Assembly (NCBI RefSeq): GCF_009914755.1
Contig: NC_060926.1
Reading direction: 5' to 3' (one strand)
DNA length: 64,000 nucleotides
Source: the human T2T-CHM13v2.0 reference genome, Homo sapiens
The position numbers and the translations under genes were made by a program. Below, one piece after another: positions 42,436 to 54,980 of the stretch; the stretch's first letter is position 1, and every line of letters starts with the position of its first letter. The notes under the pieces are model-generated. The model saw only the letters and a list, made by a program, of their open reading frames with translations, was not told the DNA's origin and did not search any database.

Positions 42436-43825
42436 ATGTGTTTATATTAAGTGCAGGTCACTAATATAGTCTATTGGTTTCCCCAGGCTTGTTCTCCTTT
42501 TCTCAAATAGGACTGATCAGATAGTAAGTGCTCCATACCTGTAGGATACATAAAAGAGCAAATGAACAAGGAGCAGGAGATATGGTGGCTGACGGTTGGA
42601 CTATAATTTTTTCTTGATTTTTCTGACTTTATTTTGGCTGTGATCTAGGAAGTGAAATCCAGGTCCTTCTAAACCCCAATTTAACTGTGGCTCCTGAGGG
42701 AGATTTTCAGATCTCAAATGATCTGTAAGTTTAAGGGAGGATGATTGGTCCCTGTACACTCTCTGTGAGAGTTCCTTTGGAATACTGGTTTCAGAATGTA
42801 CAGCCACACAGGTAACTGGATTAGGGAGGGCCAGTGGTTTTTTATGAATGCTATTGAAGACACTGAATGGAAGCAATTCTCACCAGAACTCTTTTTGCTG
42901 TCATCTTTCAGGGGCTAAGTTGACACTAGAACCAATCAATGATCCCTGAACTGGGAGAAATGGGTGGCCTTGGCTGTGATTTTTGGTTGTGCTGCACATT
43001 TCAAGATGACAATATTGTTTTAAATTAACCTGTTAGAGTGCACCTTTCCTAAAGAACTTTACCTTGATGTCTGAGTAAGGGCAGTGCAGGAGGTCCCCCA
43101 ACTTAGGGGACTGATCATGTTCCAAAGGTCATTTCTCAGTCTGGATGTTTTCATGAGATAATGAATTCCAAGATATTGTAAGGTTCAATATTATAAATGG
43201 TTCTTAGTTTACTAAGATAATGCATTGCCTCTTTGTGAAGCCTTCTCTGGTTACCCTAATCAAAAGTAACTTTTCTTTCCTCTTATATGTCACACAGTAT
43301 TAAATGAGTTGTTTTTTAAAAACATCTTAAAATCTTATACTTAAGCAATTATGTAGATTATCTTGGAGTGTTGAGCTTATTGCTCTCATTAGATGTTAGT
43401 AAATGGAAACTGAGTCCACAATTTTCACACTGTTCTAGTTCTTTTTCATTCTGCTTCATTTTCTGTTGTCTCCTGCCAGGTGTCTGTGCTAACTCATCTT
43501 GCCTGAGGACCCCTACCCCATGTCTCACTGGTCTGCTTGGCTTACTTCTGAAGCCCAGCACCACCTTCCCTCAGTGGCTCTTAGCAATAATCCCTGACAC
43601 AGAAGTTCTGGCTGGTCCACCTATTCCTTTGAGTCAGGTCACAGGTTTCCCTCCAGCTAACTGATGGATGGACTGTCCTTGGCTCAGGGGTCCACTCTTG
43701 TTCAATTAGATACATTTTGGGGGCAGGGTCAGAATTCATAAAATGCAGGCATTTGAAGAACAGGGAATCAAGGTAGAGAGTTCCTAGAAGACAGAGCAGG
43801 GAGGTAAAATGAAATATTCTAGTAA

Positions 43826-44122
<297 letters not shown>

Positions 44123-47100
44123 TAACTAGAAATGAAGAGATCTGAGTTCAAATTCAGCATTTGTCACATGTACCCTCTCTGGTCCCAAGGAAATCAAGTA
44201 ATATCTCCAATCTTCAGATCTTTCACATGAAGAATAAAGAGTATTGATCACCATATCTCTACACCTCCTTCCAGCTCTAAGACCTCCAGGACTCACCTAG
44301 AACCAAATTCATCCCCACACAGTGGCGGCAGGGTCGTGTTGTCATGATGATGGCCTCTTTCGGTGAAGAGAGGTTGTCAGACACCTGGAGCAATGCCAGA
44401 GACATTATCCTTCCCTAGGAGAGCTACTGATAAGAAACCACTGGCAGCTCCTCATTCACTTCTCCATCATTCACTCTTTTCTCCTTTCTTTTTCCTTAGA
44501 GGCATAAACAAGGTGTAGATCATCCTGTTATCCATAATGAAGGAAGATTTTAGGATATTCCAGCTTAGATCCAGGTGTCCCCAGCTTCTATACTCACTCT
44601 GAAGAAGTGTACTTTATCTACTCTTTTTACACCATTTATCCCATTTTGGCCATTTCTGAAAGGAAGATCCTAGAAGCCAGGCCTCTTGGAAGAAGTTGGA
44701 GCTACAGCATTGATAGGAAAACCTGACACCTAGAAAGGCAAGTCAGTTCTTCCCATGCAGTGGCTTTGGGGACTGTAATTTAACAAAGCTCTTTTTTACT
44801 TGTGTAAAGTGATCTCCATTCCACTTTTTTCTTGCACTGATTCTAATTAAGTGGAAGCAATTGTTATCATCATTTAGGATTATAGTTAAAATACCCCTCA
44901 AATTGTTTCCATTTGGAATGGGACCTTGTCCCATTCTGCTCTTGCTGAAGGAAGTCTTCATGGAATCACAGGACTCAACAAACATTTCTCATTAAAAATT
45001 CTCTCCTTTAGGCAACAGTGGCATAGAAATCCTTATGTTCTACTGTCTGACCCGTATGAGAACAGCGCACTTCTCAATTTATAAAAGAGGCATTTTCCCT
45101 CCTCCTGGGAAAAATATTTCTCTTGGTCACTTGAGTCTAGCATCTAAGTCATATAATGCTATTATAGCCTTGTTTTGCTTTTGATTTAGGTCATATCTTC
45201 TTTTTCTGATCTTTCTTAAAGTGAAGGGACCATTTGCTATGCTCACAAAAATTCTCAAGGCTGGAACTACAGCATGCTCTGGTTTCTAAGCCATACACAT
45301 CCAGGTAGAAGGGTCAATTTAATTGCCAATGATCTCAGCCTTTTCTAACACTGTTCCTTAAGTTTCTTTGGCACTGCATGGCAAGCAACTGAGTCATGCA
45401 TGAAAATTTCTCTTCTAGACAACCCATACCTACAGAGGGAGGATTTGGTTTACTGCAGATGCTGAGTGCTTCTGATGGCACACATTCCTTCTTATTAATA
45501 TCCCCCTGGCCCATAATGGTTTGTGTGGACAACAGCTACTTCCTTCAAGGGTCCTTTGCTTGGTAAATATATGCCTCCAGGAGCTTTCTGGGTAGAAGCA
45601 GTCACAAATCACAGGGGTATCTATGAATGGCACGGCCCATGGAAGGGCTCACACTGTCCTGATTTTTCTACCATAAGAGCTAAAATAAGGGAATAGGCTT
45701 CCAGGAAATAAGTCAGATGGGTTGTCTGACTAAGCACAGGGGCAGGGATTGGAGGTGAGATGACAGAGAACAGTCAGCATTGTCTCCGCTTCCGCTCCAC
45801 CCTGCAGTTCTGAGCTGAACAGATAATTTATCTGTGGCACAACAAAGTATATGACTTGGAAGAATGTTAAAGATCAAGTCCACCTTCTCCTTGTATTATA
45901 TGGCTCTGAGAGCCAGAGAGGGGAGGTGACCTTCCCAGAATGTGAATGTGGTAGAGCCTAGCTTACAGTTCATGTCCAACTTAGGTGTGAAGTTCTATGA
46001 GACTATGCTGCCCTCTGCCTCACAATGCTTTCTCCCATGGGAGAGGAGGCTCAGAGGTACAAAGCAGCTGCAGAAAGACTCTCTCAAGCTATTGACTCTT
46101 GGATGACAACAATTAATGTTCAACTTGGCTTTACCCCCAACATGCACTGCACAGATGCCTGCAGGTCTACAATGCCGAGACCAAGTTTGGGGGGCATTTC
46201 CGCAGCTCTGTCTATTGTCCTCCTTTCCTCTTCTGTGGTCATTCTTCCCAAGGGATAGGCCTAGTCCAGGGTGGAGAAAAACAATTCTTGGTGGTAGGGG
46301 CATTGGAATTGTATGGGCAGGGTTCTAGGCCAACTTTGGCCTTTCACAATTCTGCTAAGCATTGAACAGAATTTTCACCCTAATTTCACCTTCCCTTCCA
46401 TCCCTTCCCTAATTTTGCTAGTGTGTATGGAGTTGATTTGATGAGACCTCGTCTTTTTTTTTTTCTCCCTTGTAACGTGGGCCCTATCTTCAAGCCTATC
46501 TTCATAGCCTTTCTTTTCCGGACCTTGCCAAAAAGCAGTAGAAGAGAGGTTACAAAATATAAGAGGAAACCTTAAAACAAACAGGGTAGAACTGGAGGGA
46601 ATCTTAAATAATGCCTAACCCAACTCCATATTCCACTGATAGGAAACTGAGATCCTGAGACACCATCCAAATTCTGATGTAATCAGCAGAACTTAATATG
46701 CCACTTTGAGCACAGAACCAAGTACTTTAGAGGTAAGAGAGGCTATTTGTTTCCAGCACAGGCTGAAACCCACATGAGAAAGTTGGACTTTAAGTGACCA
46801 TAGTCACATTCTGATAAATTCTAAAATGTCTCTCTCATTTTCTCTGACATCATATTGTCATTTTTCATACCACAAATGTGTTACAGTGAAAACCAGGTAT
46901 AGGTCAATAGATAGTACCAAGAAAAAGAAAAGTTATCATTCTTTAATGCTCTTTAGTTTGAAAACTTTATTTATTTCTTTATTTTGATGGAGGAGTAGAG
47001 TGGGTCAAGCTAAGAGTTGCCTTATAAACCTGTTGTTCTCAGCAAATGAGTCAGCTGAGATAAAAACATTAGTTTCCTTGGCGTGTCAGCATCTCTCCCA

Positions 47101-50100
47101 AAGGAGGGTATTAGTTCATGGGTTGGCATTGCTATCACAAAGAAGGCTCTGGCAGCACCTGATTGGCTTGGCCAAGCTTTTCCCAGTTGGCGTCTGGGCA
47201 TCTTCCTAGCAGTGGGTCACTCACCCAGCAGTGATTTGGCCTCCTGTTGACATAAATATGCCTAATTCAAAGCAGAAAGTCAATTTGTTATTTTGCCTAA
47301 AGAAATGTAACTACCAAGCAGGCTAGATTTCTGTCTTGGCATAACCAGGAAATCTTTACCAATAATTTATGATGTGGTCACCCTTGTTGTAGGCATTATG
47401 GAAGATGGAAAGATATATAAGGAATGGCGTCTTGCAAAAAGAACTGGACTTTTTTTTTTTTTTTTTTGTAGCAATGTGGAGAGTAAAAGCCCAGGGGTCA
47501 AATGGTAATTATAGAAGGAGATTCATTTAAAGAATGTCATAAGGAAATAGAAAATAAAGGAAACATTGCAGGAAACCATAGGGGGCTAGCTGATTCATGG
47601 AAAATGTGAGGTTATGGCTGGGTCTAAGAATAAGTAAATCATTGGTGACTATGGTTGTAGAGGTTAGGACAGAGAAAGCTGGAGCAACAAGCAATCATCT
47701 GCCAGATAAGACCCCGGGCTGGGTGAATGCAAGGAGGGAGCGGACAATTTTGTCTTCCAACTCTGTGGAGCTGGAGCCTTATCTTAGGAGTCCAGTGGGC
47801 CTGGAGGCCTGATCACCAACCAGTGTAATGTTAGAATAAGACTTCCCTAAGCAAATCAATGTGATGATTGATACAAACAGCCATCACTGGGGCCTCCTCT
47901 ATTTCCAATCTCTTCCTCAGTTTCCCAGTTCTTTCAGAACCTCACTGGGAAGTTCAGGGATATATGCCTGCAGGCTGGCCTGGCGCAGATGGATGATGAA
48001 GGGTCCTGCCTTGAGTGTAGGGTAGAGTGACTCTGAGTGCTTTCCAACAGACTGTAAATTAAAGACACTCCAAAAAGCCCCTGGTGGGGATAGATGGGGA
48101 GAAGGGGTATCACTAAGTCTTCATCTTTTCTTCTAGGGCCAGGGTCAGTGGTTCAAATAAACATGGTGCCCCACAGAGATGGCCTGTGGCCAAGTAGCTC
48201 TCAGTGGGTTGACTCAAAGTCACCTGGACAGGCCTGGCGGAAACGCAGGATGGCCCAGCCCTTTCCTAATAGGTTTTCCAGAGTTGATCCATCATTCTGC
48301 CCAGAAAAGGGGAGAATAAAAAATAGATCACGAGCCCCTATGACTGTGACTTGTGCTTCCTTGGAAATGCAAACAGGTGAAGGAGAAAATGACACAGCTA
48401 GGGTGGTAGGGGGCACTGGAAGTCAACACATTTCTGGGTTCAAATGAGAAGGGTGAGGTGCTGGCATGGAGGAAACTGGCACTGGCCGTCTCCAGGCAGG
48501 ACTTTCTGGGCACTGGGCAAGGCCATGGCTTTGGGAGCTGCCCCAAGCTGCTGGTCGTGCCAGTGCTTCATTCACCCTGTGAAATGTATTAATTAGTGAG
48601 TGGTTTTGGCTCAGAGAGAGTTGCTGTGGCTTCAGATGGATATAGCAGAAAAAAGGCAAATCCATCTACAGGCGCCTCTGAGAAATCTCAGCTCTTGTGA
48701 GCCTGAGAAGAGCTTCCATAGAGAGAAGGCGAGACCCCAGCAAAGTTGGACGGAGAAAATTGAGACACCCACACCAATTAGTATGAGTCTATCAATCCAG
48801 TGCCACCGAAACACAAGTCTAAGCCTAACAGAATCTGTGCTGCGAATAAGTAAGATTGTTGGAAACAGAACAAAAAAAAACTTTGCAAATGGTGCTTCTT
48901 TAAGCTTCTGCAGTTCTCTTCTCTCACTCCCTTTTCAAAAATGGCTGTAAAAAAAATTTTTGGTCTGGTTTAGCCAGAGCGCGTCAGAGCTGGTAGATGC
49001 CTTCAAAACTGTGATCTCCCTTTAATTGTCAGAGGGTAGGCTGAGGTCCAGGGAGGTAAACAGACTTTTCCTAAGCTCTGTAGCTGGCTACTGGCAGGAT
49101 TGAGGGAAGGTGGAACAAGCCTCTTCATTCCCAATTCAGGTTTCTTTCTTCCATCCCACATCTCATGCAATAAACATTTCCAAATCTACCTGCCCAGCGG
49201 GGCTAAGAGCAGAGTGGTCTCCAGAATAAGTGGAATAGCATCTCAGGGACTGCTGGTCTGAACACGTACTCCGAACATCACAGCTGCTGCCAAGCGGGCA
49301 GATGCCTTAGCCCCAGCCCCTCTCCCTGGGCTTTCCTGGGTCTTGTCGACACTTCTCACATCACTCTGCCTTAAATTTTTCTCCCCCTAGAAAGAGATAA
49401 CTTGCCTTTCATTCATGCCTACCTAACTCAGTTCAATTCAAGTACATAAATCCTGCTGACAACCCTGGCAGAAGCTTTATGAGTAGGGAGTAAAGATTGT
49501 GAGAAAGGCAGGGAATTAATTTATAAGGAAGGAACAATGGGAGAGGAGAGAAACAAAGAGAAGGATGCAAAGCAATTAATGTTAATTGATGCTTAATATA
49601 TGCCAGGCCCAGTCATCCTAGTTATTTCATTTAATCTTTAAAATAATCCTTGTGTTGTCATCCATGCGTTTTCAGTTGCAGTTCCATGATTTAAGAAAAG
49701 CACACAGCCAGAAAGTGGCAGAGAAAAAATCATATCCTGAGTGACAGCTTTACCGGCCCAGTGCTTTCCATTCTAACAAATAGTAGAAAGAGGGAAAGAG
49801 AGAAGAATCCCTTGGTGATAGGAATAAGGTAGAGAGAGGCTGTGAAAGAGAGAAACAGGGCTTTGGGGGATCCTGGGTTCTGATGCTGACCTCTGTGTCA
49901 TTTCTGTATCCATTGTATGAATGTTTATGGAAAGTCAGCTACGAAGCAAATTGTTCTAGGCAGGGGGGTTTCAGCAGAGCTTGGGAGAGCAGATGGTGGG
50001 AGGAGTGCATCCATAGGATAGCCTGGGCTGTGGGAATAAGAGAACAGCAAGTCAGGGTGAGTGCTGCAAAGACAATATAAGAGAGCGACAGGCCTCAGAG

Positions 50101-51094
50101 AACCTGGGAAAAGGAATGAATGGGGTCACCTTAGGAAGTTCATTAGGAGGGGCCTCTCTGAAGAGGTGACCTTTGAGTCGAGACCTGAGGCACTGGAGTT
50201 ACAGGAAATGTGATGTTGCACGTGGAGAATTTCTTGGAAATGGAGCAGCAATGTAGTCTGACCCTATTGTTGGGCCCATTAACTTGGGCAATGTCTCACC
50301 AAGGTGGAGGATGGTGACAGGTCCTCCTGGGATATGGGCCATGGCAGGACGAGGGGACAATGTCTGTAAAGGATTTAAAAAGAGTCATCAATTCTAACGA
50401 TGTCAATGATAAAATACTTCTCCATATGCAGGGGGCCATTTCCATGACCCAGCTCATAAGGAGTGGAGAGAGTGCTATCTTCCTCTAGAGGCAGCTCCAG
50501 GAAGCAGGAGCTGGTAACCTGGGGGCTGCTCTGAAACCTTCAAAAGGGCAAATCATGTAGGAGTCTCTGGCCACTTTCTTTTCTGTAAGAGAAGATTCAC
50601 TCAAGGTCAGGGGACCCTAAGGACCCCAGGGAATCACCCAAAAACTCCAGCCAGCCCCTAGAGGAAGACAATCCACAGAGCTGGCCCCATCCCTTCGGCC
50701 TGTGGCTAAGGCCCATCTGCCCATGGTTCCTTCTTGAAGTAATTGCTGTAAGAATTTGTCATTCACAAAAGGAAGTCTCTATTGTCTCTTTTCGGATGTC
50801 ATGTAACCAATGCGTGTTAAAGGTCAGTTGCATCAGTTCTCTTAAATGGCAATTAAGCTATTGTCTGAGCAAACCAGAGGCATCCGGAGTGCAAGCTTCG
50901 CTCAAACCTAGGGACCTGGGAAAGGCTGGGAACAGAGGAGCAAGTAGGACACCACAGGGGAGGGCCGTGGCTTCAGGAAACGTGGGGAACACCCTGAACT
51001 GTAAAAGCAGATGCGTCAGCAGACAAAGGGGGTCATTTCACTAAAGCCTCAGTGAAGCAGAGAAATTCCAGACTTTGCCCATCACCTACTGGCA

Positions 51095-51316
51095 GGCTCT
51101 CCCTCCCTCTGTCCCCTCCCCACCCTCTCCTCACCCTTGTCTTTCTCTGCTTCATTATCTCACGCTCTCTCTTTCTCTCCCGCAGTTTCTCTGTCTCTCA
51201 GTCTCGATTTCTCACATCCTGTTTCTCTTTCTTCTTTACTCTTTCTCCCTCTCCTTCACCTCTCCTGGCTTCACTCCACTCCCCCCACCCACTCTGTTCC
51301 CTCTCACATTCTCATT
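51095..51316. repeat. CT-rich polypyrimidine low-complexity tract
   Basis: About 220 bp that is almost entirely C/T on the + strand. Confidence 0.85.
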
Positions 51317-51354
51317 TGGGGATGGGGGGCGGCTGACAAACCGGATTGGGGGGG

Positions 51355-51560
51355 TCTGACAAACTGGATTTAAATTTCAGCTCCGCAGCGTTCTCAGCTC
51401 TTGGTCTTGGAAATGTTCCCTGAGCTTCGGTTTTTCTCATCTGAAAATGAAAAAAATAATACCTAGCTCCAAGTATTGAGCTTGTTGTGAGGAATCAAAC
51501 AGATAACATTTCTAAAATTCCAAACACAGTGCCTGGTCCACGGCAGATGCTTGACTGGTG
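51355..51560 (+). mobile_element. MIR SINE
   Basis: ctgagcttcggtttttctcatctgaaaatgaaaaaaataatacct...gttgtgaggaatcaaacagataac...acagtgcctgg. Confidence 0.85.
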
Positions 51561-51873
51561 ACAGCTTCCTTTCCCAGTGAGGCCCAGGGAAGTAGGCACA
51601 GTGCTTGGCACCCTGCAAGCATGCGACACAGCTTCACAAAATACCCACAGGGAGCCAGGAGCACCGCTTGAATTTTATGGATGACAAAATTGTGGTTCAA
51701 GGAAGGTAAAAGTACCCTGGTAGGACACGTAATTTTTAAAAAGTCTATAGCTATTGATATTACTATATATTAATTCCCATTCTGTCCCTCCGGTTTCTCC
51801 CCTGAACACTAATTTCCAAATCCCCAACACTCTATGGTTTAAATGATAAACGATTCACCCAAATACTGTATAA

Positions 51874-52173
51874 TTTTTTTTTTCCTTTTGGGTCAGGGCC
51901 ATGCTCTGTCACCCAGGCTAGAGTGCAGTGGTACGATCGCAGCTAACTGCAGCCTCAACCTCCCAGGCTTAAGTGATCCTCCCACTTCACAGCCTCCCAA
52001 GTAGTTGGGACTACAGGCATGCACAACCACAACTAGCTAATTTTTAAAATTTTTGGCAAAGACAGATCTCACTACGTTGCCCTGGCTGGTCTCGAACTCA
52101 TGGACTCAAATGATCCTTTCTCCTCAGCCTCCCAAAGTGCTTGGATTACAGATGTGAGCCACCGCACATGGCC
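51874..52173 (-). mobile_element. AluJ
   Basis: cagcctcaacctcccaggcttaagtgatcctcccac is an AluJ diagnostic; highly diverged. Confidence 0.93.
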
Positions 52174-52689
52174 ATGTACAATTCTTGAAGAAGCCGAAAC
52201 TCATCTTTCTTTCTCGGTATAAGAAAACTCAGGATATGTTTGGACATCCCCTCCCATCTGCCCTCCCAGCCTCCTCTTCTCCAGGCTGAACCAGATCCTG
52301 CTGCATCTTTCTCAAAGACTCTCTTACATCCTCATTATGGTTTCTGCCCCAGTCCTCCATGCTTCTCTGAAATTTAGAGTCAAAATGCCCTTTTTTGCTT
52401 TAGGGGTGAGACCTTCTCTAGCACCGTGTGTCTACAACACAGAGAGGGCAAACAGAGATAGTGCTTGGTATTTTATTTTTAAAATTTTTAATCTTGATTA
52501 TATTTTGCAATGTTTATACCATTGCACAACACACGGAAGCATTAGTCACAATTTATATAGCTGATTTCATGGAGCTGAATTCTATGGTGTTTATAGCCGT
52601 TGAGTGTCTTCTCCCAGAAATTGGAAAGATGCCCCATTTGCTGTAACACACACGACCTCCACCCCATTCTTTTCCTTTGTAACCCAAAC

Positions 52690-52825
52690 CACAATGTGTA
52701 ATTGTGTGTTTATTTTGTGTTTAATGTTTATCTCTTCGCCCAGGCTCTAAGGCTCTATGAGGGCAGGGATCACATCTGTTTAGTTCACCCAGATTTCATT
52801 ATATATCCAGCATTCTACACTCTGT
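52690..52825 (+). mobile_element. L2 3' fragment
   Basis: ctaaggctctatgagggcagggatcacatctgtttagttcacc. Confidence 0.7.
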
Positions 52826-52829
52826 AACT

Positions 52830-53005
52830 GCTTAGTCTCAACTCTGACCACACATTAAGTCATCAAGGGAGTTAACAGAAAAAAAAAAAAACAATAAACA
52901 AGCAAAATGTTTACTAATGTTCCACAAGCTCTTTTGAATCAACTGGTCCCTGTGGCACCTGGGGATCCGTAGTCATGAAAATCCTGCCAGGGATTCTTGA
53001 TCCGG
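52830..53005. mobile_element. MER5-like hAT remnant
   Basis: tctcaactctgaccacacattaagtcatcaagggagtt...aatcctgccagggattcttgat. Confidence 0.45.
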
Positions 53006-53917
53006 GATCTGGTGATCCTCGGCAGGACAACTCACCATTCTGTTCGGTTGCCCGCTTGCCTCCTCCCGCTGGCTCCAGCTTCTGTGCCTACAATGAAGGC
53101 TGTGCCCATTCCCTCACGTGCCCGCCGTGGCCTGACACCTTCCTGGGCCCACCCTAACACATTCCTCCGTTGCTTTTAACGACTGTTTACAGCTCGCTAC
53201 CTCTAGGACGTGGCTTCTGATGAAAACTGTCCAGACGCTCTGCCTCCGGTGTAATTCAGAGCCCAGCTCTCCTCCTTAAAATTCTTTTACGCTATTTTCC
53301 ACAAGCATGTGCTTCTGTTGGCAGTGCCATAAGTGTGATTGATCTTTACCATAAGTTCCTTGAACTTTGCTGTGACCTGGATGCTAAGGTGGCGGGAGCT
53401 GCCTCCATCCCCACAATTTGACTGGTACAACCTGAAAGTAGGATGATAGTCTGTTCTGGTCAAACATTAACGTGGGGCAGGGACAATGGAGAGAGGGTTT
53501 GGTCATCTGGCATGCTGCAGACTGCCAGAGGAGCTGGAAAGGCTGAGTATGGGAAAGGGGAGGGATTTCATGGCCTCTTCGGGCTTTGAGTATTTGAAGA
53601 AACTGCCTATGGAAGACCAGACCTGTGCCCTGCCTCCCAAGAAACACACAGAGCTTAGACGGTGGAAGCTATCTGGGGCAAATTCAGCTCCCTGTGAGGA
53701 AGGTCTTCTAGTTGTTAGGGGTGTCTTGGTAGGTCAGGGAGGGTTTTCCAGCATCAGTCATTTTCATACCAATCTCTTGATTTTTGCCATATTCCTGTAC
53801 CACCCGTGCTTTTATTTACCTAATCTTTTTTATTTACCGAATTTTTAACCTAATATTTCCTTTAAAACAACTTTAAATTGACACACTTTGTTTCATTCCT
53901 GTTTTTAAAAAGTACCT

Positions 53918-54978
53918 ATGACAAAAGATATGAATAGACACTTCTCAAAAGAAGACATGCAAGCCGCCAACAAACATATGGAAAAATGTTCATCATCACT
54001 AATTATCAGAAAAATGCAAACCAAAATCACAGTGAGATATCATCTCACACCAGTTAGAATAGCCATTATTAAAAAGTCAAAACCAACAGATGTTGGTGAG
54101 GCTGCAGAGAAAAGAGAACACTTATATATTCTTGAGAATTTAAATTAGTTCAGCCACTGTGGAAAGAAGTTTGGAGATTTCTCAAAGAACTTAAACAGAA
54201 CTACCATTTGACCCAGCAATCCCGTGACTGGGTATGTACCTAAAAGAAAACAAATTGTTCAACCAAAAAGACATATGCACTCACATGTTCATCATAGCAC
54301 TATTCACAATAGCACGGTTCATGGAATCAACGTAGGTGCCCACCAACAATAGATTGGATAAAGAAAATGTGGTACATATATACCATGGAATACTATGCAG
54401 CCATGAAAAAGAAGGAAATCACGTCCTGTACAGCAACATGGATGCAGAGGGAGGCCATTATCCAAAGCAAATTAACACAGGAACAGAAAACCACATACCA
54501 CATGTTCTCACTTATAAGTGGGAACTAAACATCAGGTACTCGTGGACATAAAGATGGCAACAATAGGCCAGGCACGGTGCTGATGCCTGTAATCCCAGCA
54601 CTTGGGGAGGCTGAGGCGGGTGGATCATATGAGGTCAGGAGTTTGACACCAGCCTAGCCAACATGGTGAAAGCCCATCTCTACTAAAAATATAAAAATTA
54701 GCTGGGTGTGGTGGCACACACCTGAAATCCCAGCTACTCAGGAGGCTGAGGTGGGAGAATTTCTTGAACCTGGGAGGCAGAGATTGCAGTAAGCCAAGAA
54801 GGTGCCACTGCATTCCAGCCTGGGCAACAGAGTGAGACTCTGTCTCCAAAAAAAAAAAAAAAAAAAAAAAAAAGATAGCAACAATAGACACTGGTAACAT
54901 ACCCAGGTAACAACATACCCAATATATGCATGATATACCCACACAACATACCCAGGTAACAAACCTGCATTTGTACTG
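53918..54978 (+). mobile_element. Older primate L1 (L1PA15/16 to L1PB-like) ORF2 C-terminus and 3' UTR, split by an Alu, with rearranged 3' end
   Basis: ORF 53918-54148 reads [53 protein letters not shown] (L1 ORF2 C-terminus); gtaacaaacctgca near the end. Confidence 0.95.
54566..54870 (+). mobile_element. AluS inserted into the L1 3' UTR
   Basis: Dimeric Alu with long poly-A; TSD aaagat(g/a)gcaacaata at 54550-54565 and 54871-54886. Confidence 0.96.
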
Positions 54979-54980
54979 CC

